From the IMG/VR virus record IMGVR_UViG_3300025174_000006: a stretch of DNA of 64,000 nt. One strand, written 5' to 3'. A program made the translations under genes and the position numbers. The stretch is from an uncultured virus (IMG/VR IMGVR_UViG_3300025174_000006) (lineage: Duplodnaviria; Heunggongvirae; Uroviricota; Caudoviricetes). Numbering within the stretch: the stretch's first letter is position 1; the number at the start of each line of letters is the position of its first letter. Shown here piece after piece: positions 45,461 through 54,922 of this stretch. The notes beneath the pieces are model-generated. The model was not told the DNA's origin. It worked only from the letters and a program-made list of their open reading frames with translations, and made no database searches.

Positions 45461-46045
45461 TTACATTTGTAAAACACTTCTAATTTCAGCTTCTTTTGTT
45501 TTTGGAAAAATCCAACCTGCACCACAAGTTAAACGAAAATTGAAACGACCGCCCAATGCTTTTAAAGTATCTTTGATAGGTTTAGTATCTCCAATTATTG
45601 CAATTGCCTTTTCTGAATAATCAACTACTTTAATTTTACCATCATTTTCAATTGGTTCAACTTTTACATTTGTTGGTTTTTTCGGTAACTCTGTTTTAGG
45701 AATGTATTTAAAAGGTTTATCCCATTCTCCAATACTTAAACTTGTGTAAAACTTTGGAATAGCACCATAATCTCCATCAATAGAAACTATTTCATTGTTT
45801 CCTTCCATTATATCAACAATCTTTTGCAATGCTTCTGCTACTTCAGTATTGTCTTTATAGTGGTCTTTGATGTAGTAATGATTAACCCCTTCATAATCTT
45901 TTTCTGTCAGCTTAATATCAGTTTCCAAAATAACAACGTTAATACTCGAATAGTGTCGTCTTGTAATACTGAATTTCCAATTAGGAAATGCTAATTTAAT
46001 TGCTTTCCTTTTTTCTGCGATTTGTTCCGTTGAAATATATGGCAT
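45461..46045 (-). CDS. LPD29-like polyvalent-associated domain protein
   Basis: KFSITRRHYSSINV N-terminal domain; C-terminal DYSEKAIAIIGDTKPIKDTLKALGGRFN. Confidence 0.55.
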   Translation of the reverse strand: MPYISTEQIAEKRKAIKLAFPNWKFSITRRHYSSINVVILETDIKLTEKDYEGVNHYYIKDHYKDNTEVAEALQKIVDIMEGNNEIVSIDGDYGAIPKFYTSLSIGEWDKPFKYIPKTELPKKPTNVKVEPIENDGKIKVVDYSEKAIAIIGDTKPIKDTLKALGGRFNFRLTCGAGWIFPKTKEAEIRSVLQM

Positions 46046-46189
46046 AACGATTGGTTTATTTGGTTAATGTACTATACGATATTAAATCATATCGCGTTAC
46101 AACTTCGTTGACTATACCACAAATATTCTATGCAGGAAAACTGGGACTCCAGCCGGCGTGAGGCTCTGGCGTAAAATCCTGAAGTATTT

Positions 46190-46272
46190 GATATACGATT
46201 AATCAAAGTCAATTTGTGTCACAAATTTAAATTCTTTTTGTGACAGGAAATCAATTGGATTTTACGTATATC
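46190..46272. repeat. double-dyad element copy 12, hybrid arm pairing
   Basis: ATTAATCAAAG-type left arm with a GGATTTTA-type right arm. Confidence 0.9.
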
Positions 46273-47739
46273 TTTTCAAAGTAAAATCCACCGCCGGCCA
46301 GCCGCTGAGCCCAGGGATTTTTCCTCCGGGGGAGAGAATCCCAAAAACAAAAACCCTCACATTTCTGCGAGGGCTTTCCAAACCAACCAATTGGTATAGG
46401 GCAATACATTACTGCAAGACTACAAACCCCTATCTTTGAGTGAAAACATCTACACGTAGCTATGCAAATTCATGTTTTCATACTATCTTAAATATCTATT
46501 TGTGCTTTTTCTTTTCACGCTGTTCTTTTTCATACTTTTGAACTCTTATTTTTTCTTCACGAGTTAGCGGAATTTTACCTGCCGTTTGTTTATATAATAA
46601 ATCACTCAAGTAAGGAAAATCAGCTTGTCTTTGCAGTTTACTTTTGCCGTCATGTATTCTATAACTGTATTCTCTCATTATTTTAAATTTTATTTATTAA
46701 ATCAAAAATGTGAACTAAATTTCCTTTGTGCTTTCCACTTACGATTTCATAAAACGCATCGTTGTACCTTTTAGCTTTTTCGGTTAGGATTTTACCCTCA
46801 CTCCAAAATTTGATTTCTTTTGCTTCTGCTAATGTCTGAATTTCAGATTTCACATAAGGATTTTTACCGCAGTGGATACAACTCATAGTTTTAAATTTAA
46901 TTGGTTATATTGTACTATACAAGTTTTAATCCTCTTGCGTTACAGATTTATGCTCTTTATATCTTTTATTTGCTTCTAATACCTCAATAATAGTTTCTTC
47001 TACATCAGCGTAAGTGAGTTTTGTTATTTTAGCGTAAAATTCAAAAGGTGTCCGTAAGTAAGCCAATGCAGTTACCAATCTCGTAGCCGAACCGAAGCAA
47101 CCAATATTTATGTGTTACAAATTCGCTTTCTGATAGGATTTTACTTCAAAGTCAGTAGCAACACGAATGTCATCATCGTCATTTATTAAATGTGATATCG
47201 AACCGTATTGACAAATAACACCTTGCCAAACTATAATGGCGAACGAATAAAAAGAGTTTTTGTTGTTCATAGTTTTAATTTTTAGAATCAATGTAAATTA
47301 CTATTGCCATATAAGGAATAAGTATTCCAAACATTAAGTACCAATTCGGCTTAGATAAAATTCCAATCAACATAGGAATGAAATAATAAATAGCAAGTCT
47401 GAATATCGTTTTTAATACCATAATATGTGATAGATTGGGATACCATAATCGTATCCGATTATTATTATAATTTTTTTTCATGTTTTTGATTGTTTTAGTT
47501 ATTACCAATACTTTACTACAAAATGCGTTATAACATAAGTGACTGAAATAATACCAAGTAATCCAATTGCCATAACAATAACTATTGGTAAATATATTTG
47601 GATTTTACAGACAATTCTCACTATTCTCATTTGAATGTTTGTAAGTTTCTTTCCTGATTTGTAATTAAATAAATTCATGGAGTTGGTTGTTGGTTACAAT
47701 GTACTATACGAAATATTAAATTCCTATGTTACAACTATT

Positions 47740-48090
47740 CTATTTTGCAGTACCTTCATATTCATAAATTCTTGTTTCTCCTTCTATCTTCACAAGTCGA
47801 AATATACAAATAGCAGAGTCAAAATTTTCTTTTTCGCAGTCAATCATTACACAAGCATTGGTATTATCCCCATCTTTTTCAACGTGAGTTATAACACCCT
47901 TTCTTCCTTGTGTTGATTGTGGCTGTTCCCTTTTATCATTCAAATCTAAGAAACTATTTGCGACAAACAAATCATTACAAATTTCAATTGCTGTTTTATA
48001 ATTTTTGCCAATTGGAGTAGTTAGTCCAAATTGTTCTTTAACTACTTTCCAATTGCTGATTTTTGGTCTTACTGATGTTATTGATTGCAT
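47740..48090 (-). CDS. hypothetical protein
   Basis: 116 aa; own promoter. Confidence 0.65.
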   Translation of the reverse strand: MQSITSVRPKISNWKVVKEQFGLTTPIGKNYKTAIEICNDLFVANSFLDLNDKREQPQSTQGRKGVITHVEKDGDNTNACVMIDCEKENFDSAICIFRLVKIEGETRIYEYEGTAK

Positions 48091-48210
48091 ATCTTTATAG
48101 TTGTTGGTTATTGTACTATACGAAAAAGAATTGAATCATGTTACAAGGGAGAACACACCGTGCGAGAAAACTGGAGTACCAGATCGCCGAGGGTGAGCCT
48201 GAGAATTTAA

Positions 48211-48292
48211 GATATACGCTTAATCAATACCAATTTGTGTCACTAATTAAATTATTTTCGTGACAGGATTTTAGGTTTAAATTTCGTATATT
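48211..48292. repeat. double-dyad element copy 13
   Basis: same spacing. Confidence 0.88.
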
Positions 48293-48416
48293 AATATGCG
48301 ATGCACTCCGGGGAGAGTCGCCTCTGAGGTGGAGCTATTTTTTTCGGATTTGTAGAAAACAAAAAAGGCAACCCGATTTTCGGATTGCCTTTTGTTTTGC
48401 ATAAGGGAGAGAGTGA

Positions 48417-49004
48417 TTAATCGCGGTATTCAATTTCGATCACAATTTCTTCTCTATCCTCGCCATCAATGTTTATTACTTGTTTGTTCACTTTTACCGT
48501 TCCTGCTAAGTTCTTCAATAAAAACGAACGAAACTGTGAAGATTTTAAGGATTTTTCAATTACCTTTTTTGCAATGGTCTTTGCTCTTGACTTAACAACT
48601 TTGTAAGTACACGCTTCCAACACTTCTTTTTTCTCACTTTTAGCGAACAAGTAAAGTTCTTCTGTATTCATGTTGTATTTCACACTTCCGTTGTCCTCAT
48701 TTAAAACAACATAAGCATTAGTTTGACCTAAAGAACGATTTTCGTCAGGTTTAATAAGTGATTGCTTTTTTTCAGCCATAGCCAAATCCCAATCAATTTT
48801 TGTGTATTTTTCAGATGCAACATAAGGAATACCATCGGCAATCAACTCCAAATCTGATTTTTTGGCATTTTCAATTTTTGCACCAACATTCAACAGTCGT
48901 CTGCTCAATTCGCCCTCTTTGCTACGATATTTTAGTGAAACAAATCCACAGCCTCTGTATTTCATGAAGGCATCTAACAATTCATTAAAAATTCCATTTT
49001 CCAT
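48417..49004 (-). CDS. hypothetical protein forming a single-gene block
   Basis: promoter-ORF-terminator between element copies 13 and 14. Confidence 0.75.
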   Translation of the reverse strand: MENGIFNELLDAFMKYRGCGFVSLKYRSKEGELSRRLLNVGAKIENAKKSDLELIADGIPYVASEKYTKIDWDLAMAEKKQSLIKPDENRSLGQTNAYVVLNEDNGSVKYNMNTEELYLFAKSEKKEVLEACTYKVVKSRAKTIAKKVIEKSLKSSQFRSFLLKNLAGTVKVNKQVINIDGEDREEIVIEIEYRD

Positions 49005-49122
49005 GTTTTCTAAGTTTAGTTGGTTTCTATATTGTACTATACGAAAAAAAATATATCCATGTTACAAAACTGAAAAAGTTTTTATCGACCGAAAAATCCT
49101 GGAAATCTGTGCTTTTCTTTAT

Positions 49123-49205
49123 AATATACGTAAAATCCAACTCATTTCCTGTCACTAATTTTAATTATTTTCGTGACAGAATATTAGATTTATGTTTCGT
49201 ATATC
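49123..49205. repeat. double-dyad element copy 14
   Basis: same spacing; at the strand-switch point. Confidence 0.88.
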
Positions 49206-49486
49206 TACAAGTCAAAAAAAACGTGATCTGGGACTCTGTGGACCCCTGAAAAAACTCCTGAGCCGACATCTAAAATCCTTTGAAACGCTTGCTATCATTG
49301 AGAATTTTCTTCCAGTCAGGACCTGGATGCCTTCCGTATAAATTTTGACTCAAGAACTCAAAACAAGTGGTAAAATCCTCCATTTGTATCCCGAAAATAA
49401 TTTATTTTTATTTGTTGTATAACTCACTGAAAGTGTAACGCAGTAGTTTATCATTTCGTATAGTACATTAACCAATAACAAGTACC

Positions 49487-49813
49487 ATGAATTTATTGAA
49501 TGTAATTTATTCAAAAAACACCTACAAAAAAGCAATCTGTAAAGGTTGTAGCAATAAACTAATTGAAGGCAGTACAATTCTTTCGATAGTACGTACACAA
49601 GGTCGTTTTACATCGGTCAGCAACTATTGTCAAAAATGTGCAGAAAAAGAACTGCAGGATGCTTTGAATGAAGTTTTACCATTGGCACAACGAATAATAA
49701 AAATCCAAGAAACATTGGATAATGACTTAATAATGGCAAAAAAGATTGAAGGGATAGCAAAGGAAGCTATGGAAAAATATGATACCACTATGAAAAAATT
49801 GGGTAACGAGTAA
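49487..49813 (+). CDS. Zn-ribbon-like hypothetical protein
   Basis: CKGC...YCQKC; forward promoter near 49434. Confidence 0.65.
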   Translation: MNLLNVIYSKNTYKKAICKGCSNKLIEGSTILSIVRTQGRFTSVSNYCQKCAEKELQDALNEVLPLAQRIIKIQETLDNDLIMAKKIEGIAKEAMEKYDTTMKKLGNE

Positions 49814-49892
49814 TCAACATACGAAAGTTCATAACTTTAATGAAATTTTATAAATCTGTAACATAGTTCTTTTTAAATTTGTATAGCACAAT

Positions 49893-50255
49893 ATGGAAAC
49901 AAAGACATTAGATAACCTAAAAGACTTACATTCAAAATTGGAAGTTGTTTTTAAAGCCGAAAATGAAGCTATAAAGACAAAACAAAAAGATGTGTTAAGT
50001 GAACAACTTAAATTACAAGTCAATTTAATATATGACTTTGTAAAAGAAAACAACTTAATACTTGTTGAATTAAACACTGCTTGGGTGGAAAAAAATGAAG
50101 CTCGTAGAACTATATATAACCCAAAAACTTTAGAACATAAAAGTTTTAAAAATTTATCCGATAAAGACTTTGTAAACAAATTCAATAAAGGAAAAAATAA
50201 TTGTTTATTTGTACATAGCACATTTTGGGGTATGGATTATATGTTAATAATGTAG
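49893..50255 (+). CDS. hypothetical protein, probably leaderless
   Basis: GTATAGCACAAT-ATG. Confidence 0.65.
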   Translation: METKTLDNLKDLHSKLEVVFKAENEAIKTKQKDVLSEQLKLQVNLIYDFVKENNLILVELNTAWVEKNEARRTIYNPKTLEHKSFKNLSDKDFVNKFNKGKNNCLFVHSTFWGMDYMLIM

Positions 50256-50319
50256 CTGTATTTTGTAACACCGGAATTTTATATTTTGTATAGTATATTA
50301 GAAACAAAAACTTAAAGCC

Positions 50320-50493
50320 ATGATAATTTTATACTACTACTTTAATCCAAATCAAATAGAATTTCTTAACCTCAAAAACCTAAACACCATGAAACAACAA
50401 CTCGCAGTAATCGCAAACAATCTTACCAAAATGGAACGTTACGAACAAATGGAACGCATCGCGCAGAATCTACTTGATATGGAAATCGAGTAG
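50320..50493 (+). CDS. small protein (57 aa, or 34 aa from an internal ATG)
   Basis: follows the promoter near 50264; followed by a terminator. Confidence 0.5.
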   Translation: MIILYYYFNPNQIEFLNLKNLNTMKQQLAVIANNLTKMERYEQMERIAQNLLDMEIE

Positions 50494-50517
50494 AATAGTT
50501 TTAAACATTGTTAGAGG

Positions 50518-50546
50518 AAAAGCACGGACATCATCCGTGCTTTTTT
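50518..50546 (+). terminator. intrinsic terminator
   Basis: AAAAGCACGGA-CATCA-TCCGTGCTTTTTT. Confidence 0.85.
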
Positions 50547-50621
50547 CGTATGCAATAAATCGAGATGGCGTAATGGCACATCCGGTCGCCGGGGCTGGAA
50601 AAGTTTTATACATTATCTTTT

Positions 50622-50705
50622 GATATACGAAAGATAAAACTAAAATCCTGTCACTAATTTTAATTATATTTCGTGACAGGAAATGAATTGGATTTTACGT
50701 ATATC
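50622..50705. repeat. double-dyad element copy 15, reversed arm order
   Basis: GATATACG-N19-TGTCAC-N18-GTGACA-N19-CGTATATC. Confidence 0.9.
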
Positions 50706-51259
50706 TATAAGGTGAGAAAAATCGGAAAAGTGGCTCCGGATTTTTCATACCCGGTGGCGTTAGACTTAGGATTTTACATCCAAAGAAATTCATCAATATC
50801 TCCACCCTTAATCAACGTCTTATTTAAGTAGGCAATCCACAAGTTCCTTAATTAAGGTCTTAATCGGTATATAACGCCTTAATTGACTATTTAAGGGCTT
50901 ATTTAGCCCGTATCGATATTTAGCTCTAAAAACCCCTATTCTGGGCGTGGAAAGGGAGGCTCAAAAATTATGGAGCCAACTTTTAAAAATGGATTTATCA
51001 AACCATCCGAATTAGCACCGGAGTAAAATCCTACAATCCTGCTTCCATATATATAATACCTGTTGCTCGATTATATGCAAGAACATATAATAATGCCTAA
51101 AATACACCATTTTTAACTTTTTATATGCATTGGCATATACACATTAAATTTTCGAACTGGCAATTTCCAAAAAAATAACCAATTTCGCCCTTTCAAAAAA
51201 TTTCCAGCCAAAAAATTTTTTCAAAATATTAAGACCTATTTATATCAAAACTTATTTCC

Positions 51260-51793
51260 ATGAAAACAAAGATGACCATCACCGAATTAAAACAATATGT
51301 AAATTCAGAAGCAAAAAGGATTATAAAGGAGCAAAAGCTTAACAAAGAAAAATCCAGGATAATTAGTGAAATATCCAAATTAGATGAGACAGAAGAAACC
51401 TTTAAGTCCTATAAATTTAAAGTAAAACACGATAAAGGATTTACAACAATAAGCACGACTGGTTCAAGTGAAGAAGTTGCAAAGAAAAAAATAGCAAAAT
51501 CAGAAGGTTGTCCGGAAAGTGCAATTACTTTAATGAATAAAAAATTGAATGAAATGAGCACATCTTCTGAATTAGATGGAACTTTCAATAAAAGTGCAGA
51601 CTCAGTAAGAAGAAAAGATAAAACTTGGTCAGATGGAAATTTAACTTATGATTTTAATGAAAGCAATGAATTTGACAGATTAAAATGTAGGAACTGTGGT
51701 GGAACAACTTTTGAAGTATTACACACTGACGATTGGCAAACATCAGCAAAATGTAATAATTGCGGTATGTATTACATAGTTCACAGTGGATAA
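51260..51793 (+). CDS. hypothetical protein with a C-terminal Zn ribbon, possible late or virion-associated protein
   Basis: KMTITELKQYV..E...IIKE N-terminus; TATTTAT upstream; CRNC...CNNC. Confidence 0.6.
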   Translation: MKTKMTITELKQYVNSEAKRIIKEQKLNKEKSRIISEISKLDETEETFKSYKFKVKHDKGFTTISTTGSSEEVAKKKIAKSEGCPESAITLMNKKLNEMSTSSELDGTFNKSADSVRRKDKTWSDGNLTYDFNESNEFDRLKCRNCGGTTFEVLHTDDWQTSAKCNNCGMYYIVHSG

Positions 51794-51802
51794 TCAAAGC
51801 AA

Positions 51803-52642
51803 ATGAATTCCCTTTCAGAAAATATTATCCGGACCCAAATCCGTAAAATCCTGTTAAAAGAAGAATTTTTAAAAGAAGTTTTTTTAAAAGAGCTTACCGG
51901 TAAATTCAAGGACGAAGTAGAAATCATCTATCGTGATAAAAACATTGTGTGTTTGATTCCAAAAAGTCAAATGACTTCTTACATATATGGAAACAAAGCT
52001 AATTGGTGTCAAAAAGAGAAGAATGGATTTGAGGGGTGGTCAAAAGCCGGTTTACTAATTAGGTTTTTATTTAAAGAAGGAGGAAGGAAAATCAGGTTTA
52101 CGTATTTTACGGGTCAAAATGAATCGAGAGGATTTTACTGGGCAAATGAATCTGGCCATCATATTTTATCAGAAGAAGGAAAAGGTAAAAATCCATTTGA
52201 GGCATCTTCCAAGAATAAAACTCTATGGCCAAACGAAATAGACACATTAAATTTAATAAATCAAATACCAGAAGAATGTAAACAAAAAGTTTTAGAGTTT
52301 ATAGAAAAGCATAAAGAAGCGTATGAATATTGTTATAAAGATACTGAGTACAAGCCTGTAGGTTTAAAAGCAAAAATGGATGAGTTTGAAAGTATATATA
52401 ATTATTACATAGATGCGTTTCATGCCATACATGAGCATAATCAAAACATTATTATTTCAATACACTTTGATAAATCGACAAAAGAATTTACTATAAATCA
52501 TTCAAACGAATATGGAATAAAAATTAATTACCTTGTACAAAACGAACGTTTTAAAGACTCTAAATCTTTTGAGAAAAGGATTAAAGAATTGATAGTCATG
52601 TATCGAAAACAATTCAACATTTTTTCTTCTCCGGAAAAATAA
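51803..52642 (+). CDS. hypothetical phage protein
   Basis: IIRTQIRKILLKE N-terminus; YGNKANWC motif. Confidence 0.65.
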   Translation: MNSLSENIIRTQIRKILLKEEFLKEVFLKELTGKFKDEVEIIYRDKNIVCLIPKSQMTSYIYGNKANWCQKEKNGFEGWSKAGLLIRFLFKEGGRKIRFTYFTGQNESRGFYWANESGHHILSEEGKGKNPFEASSKNKTLWPNEIDTLNLINQIPEECKQKVLEFIEKHKEAYEYCYKDTEYKPVGLKAKMDEFESIYNYYIDAFHAIHEHNQNIIISIHFDKSTKEFTINHSNEYGIKINYLVQNERFKDSKSFEKRIKELIVMYRKQFNIFSSPEK

Positions 52643-52813
52643 ACATCATCATCATTTTATTACAACATTTTTCGTATCTTCGCCTCATGAAACAAATACA
52701 AATTTCATGACCCATACAAATCTTATAACTGAAAATACAGATTTTATGACCGGAGATATAATTTCTGTTTTTCGTATGGAAGAAAATTTCAAAGAAAAAG
52801 GAGAAAACTACTA

Positions 52814-53083
52814 ATGGAAAGCTTTTCAATAGGAGATACGGTTAGTATGAGAAGGAATGGGAATTCTATAGGAGCTGGTTATTATATAAAACCAATTTGT
52901 ATTGATGGATTTATTACAAATAATAGAGTGTTTCATAGAAATCAAGTTATTTACCAGATATTAGTAAATAAAGGCGAAACTCATCACATTGATACAAGAT
53001 ACAAATATGAAGCAGAATTATATACTTGCCGGTTAGTTTTGACTGAAAAGATTAAATTTAAGATTAAAGAAGAAATGAGATGA
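52814..53083 (+). CDS. GDT...TCRxVLxEK family
   Basis: FSIGDTV...YTCRLVLTEK. Confidence 0.75.
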   Translation: MESFSIGDTVSMRRNGNSIGAGYYIKPICIDGFITNNRVFHRNQVIYQILVNKGETHHIDTRYKYEAELYTCRLVLTEKIKFKIKEEMR

Positions 53084-53343
53084 AAGAGATTCTTGAAAAT
53101 ACATTCACGGAAAACATTGGGAACCAGGAATATCATTTTTTTGATACAGTACGTTGCGTTTCCATAACGGGTCATGTATTCGACGGATTATTATTTGAAG
53201 TTGGAAACTCTTGTTTTATTAAAGTACTTTACAATGAGTGGTTATATGAATTTAGATACAAAACTGTTAACCCATTAAGAAAAGTCCTAATAGAAAAGGT
53301 GGAAAAGATGATTTATTTAAATTTTGAATTCTCAAATAAATGA
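53080..53343 (+). CDS. GDT...VLxEK family, diverged
   Basis: FFDTV...LRKVLIEK; ATGA overlap. Confidence 0.65.
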   Translation: MKEILENTFTENIGNQEYHFFDTVRCVSITGHVFDGLLFEVGNSCFIKVLYNEWLYEFRYKTVNPLRKVLIEKVEKMIYLNFEFSNK

Positions 53344-53690
53344 TAGATTGGATAAATATAAATTGTGATAAACTAATCGAAAAACCAAGTTCAGAAGAAC
53401 TCAAGCGTTATATTAGAAGATTTCGATTTATTAACTTTATGCGAGGTGATACTGTTCATATTTATTCTTTAGATTCCAATCGCGAAAGTCTTGTTAAGGG
53501 TTTTTATCGAAATAGAGAAGATTATGGTGTTGCGGATTATTCTCCAAATTCTATTTTTGAGATAATTAAAAACAATGGTCAAATAATAGTTGGTACGATT
53601 GGTATTGACAATATAAACAGGAAAATAAATACCTGCAGGCTCGTATTAACTGAAAAAATAATTGAGTCAGATAAAACGATTTGGTATTAA
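53340..53690 (+). CDS. GDT...TCRxVLxEK family
   Basis: FMRGDTV...NTCRLVLTEK. Confidence 0.75.
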   Translation: MIDWININCDKLIEKPSSEELKRYIRRFRFINFMRGDTVHIYSLDSNRESLVKGFYRNREDYGVADYSPNSIFEIIKNNGQIIVGTIGIDNINRKINTCRLVLTEKIIESDKTIWY

Positions 53691-53731
53691 ATTCCTCAAA
53701 AAACAATTAAACTCAAATAAAATATAAAACA

Positions 53732-54181
53732 ATGTTAGAATTAGAAAAAATAACAGAAGCAATTATTAACATAGAAGATGGTGTTATTAATATTACAATT
53801 GGAAATATAAACAAGACTCATGATGACTTTCATGACAGAGTTCGTATTAATATAGTAGAAAACGAGATATTAATTTCGGGACATAAACTTGAATGTAAAA
53901 AGATTTATGGTCACGTTACTGAATTAAATAAAGAATTTGAAATATATAGAAAAAAACTTATTGGATTTGAAGAAGATATAATAGAAAGTAAATTTTTATC
54001 TTGGTATGAATGTTTAACTATATCAGAATTTAAAAAAATCTTCTCTTGGAAAAAATTACGTTTTAATAAATTCAAAATGATTAAAAACGGTTATTACACA
54101 ACAAAATACATCTATAAACCAGAATTTTGGACACAGAAAGAATATAGGGCAAACAATTGGGTTATTACAGAATATAAATAA
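53732..54181 (+). CDS. hypothetical protein
   Basis: 149 aa; interrupts the paralogue array. Confidence 0.6.
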   Translation: MLELEKITEAIINIEDGVINITIGNINKTHDDFHDRVRINIVENEILISGHKLECKKIYGHVTELNKEFEIYRKKLIGFEEDIIESKFLSWYECLTISEFKKIFSWKKLRFNKFKMIKNGYYTTKYIYKPEFWTQKEYRANNWVITEYK

Positions 54182-54186
54182 TACTA

Positions 54187-54447
54187 ATGACTGAAAAAAC
54201 AATATTTCACAAAGGAGACACAATAGAAATGCGTTCTGAGGGATATAGAGTCAGGTACAAATCAATTATCTCTTCTGAGCTCGATTTTAAATTCGTTAGC
54301 GCATTTTGCACTAGGATGGTTTTGACTGAAAACATGTTTATTTCAATTAAGCTATATTTGTACACAAAAGATAAGATAATATGGAAGATTTTTTACGCGA
54401 ACAGAAAGAAGAATATAAACAAGGTGATACGGTTAGTTACTATTTGA
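54187..54447 (+). CDS. GDT...RMVLxE family
   Basis: FHKGDTI...CTRMVLTEN. Confidence 0.65.
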   Translation: MTEKTIFHKGDTIEMRSEGYRVRYKSIISSELDFKFVSAFCTRMVLTENMFISIKLYLYTKDKIIWKIFYANRKKNINKVIRLVTI

Positions 54448-54644
54448 AAGACGTTAATAGACATGTAAAACTATTTTTTAAAAGCGTAGAAACAAAGGTT
54501 AAATACGACATCATAGAGACTCTTTCGATGAAGAAAAAGAGATTTTCATTTCCAATAAGAAATTACTCTTTAGTTTTGTGCACCTGCAGGACTGTTTTAA
54601 CTGAAAAAACTATAAACTGGGATATTGAAATTGAATCAAATTAA
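54381..54644 (+). CDS. GDT...TCRxVLxEK family
   Basis: YKQGDTV...CTCRTVLTEK. Confidence 0.75.
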   Translation: MEDFLREQKEEYKQGDTVSYYLKDVNRHVKLFFKSVETKVKYDIIETLSMKKKRFSFPIRNYSLVLCTCRTVLTEKTINWDIEIESN

Positions 54645-54646
54645 GT

Positions 54647-54922
54647 ATGGAAGAATTTTTAAAAGGTGATACGATTGAATTGATAAATCCTTACTGGCGC
54701 TCAAAGCGTTTTATAGTTTCTACTGAAGTATATCACACTTTGACAAAAGACATGAAAACAATTAAAGAAACGAAATATACTATTGTATCACTAAATCTCT
54801 ATAACCAAATAAGAACTAATTACGTTTCAAACCTTTATAACACTTTAAAAATCTTAACTTGCCGGATGGTATTAACTGAAAAAAGAAATAAAAAATTAAA
54901 TTTATACTTTGACTTTGAATGA
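54647..54922 (+). CDS. GDT...TCRMVLxEK family
   Basis: FLKGDTI...LTCRMVLTEK. Confidence 0.75.
   Translation: MEEFLKGDTIELINPYWRSKRFIVSTEVYHTLTKDMKTIKETKYTIVSLNLYNQIRTNYVSNLYNTLKILTCRMVLTEKRNKKLNLYFDFE

Larger units (their letters stand above)
11043..50300. promoter_or_regulatory. dispersed family of about 55-60 ECF-like early promoters, TGTAAC-N17-nGTATAGTACATT
   Basis: on the plus strand reads AATGTACTATAC...GTTACA upstream of most minus-strand ORFs (e.g. near 11045, 14180, 16137, 20078, 25491, 33066, 44596, 49031); forward copies near 49434, 49857 and 50264 precede plus-strand ORFs. Confidence 0.85.

Noticed and set aside
200..49158. Many plus-strand ORFs in the track (e.g. 200-580, 5390-5653, 17444-17887, 21972-22328)
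   Set aside because: Antisense shadows of minus-strand genes that have promoters and better composition.
11125..50705. CRISPR array or classical integron attC interpretation of the repeated element
   Set aside because: Copies are kilobases apart, lack RYYYAAC/GTTRRRY ends, and have arms that do not pair. No cas or intI gene is in the window.
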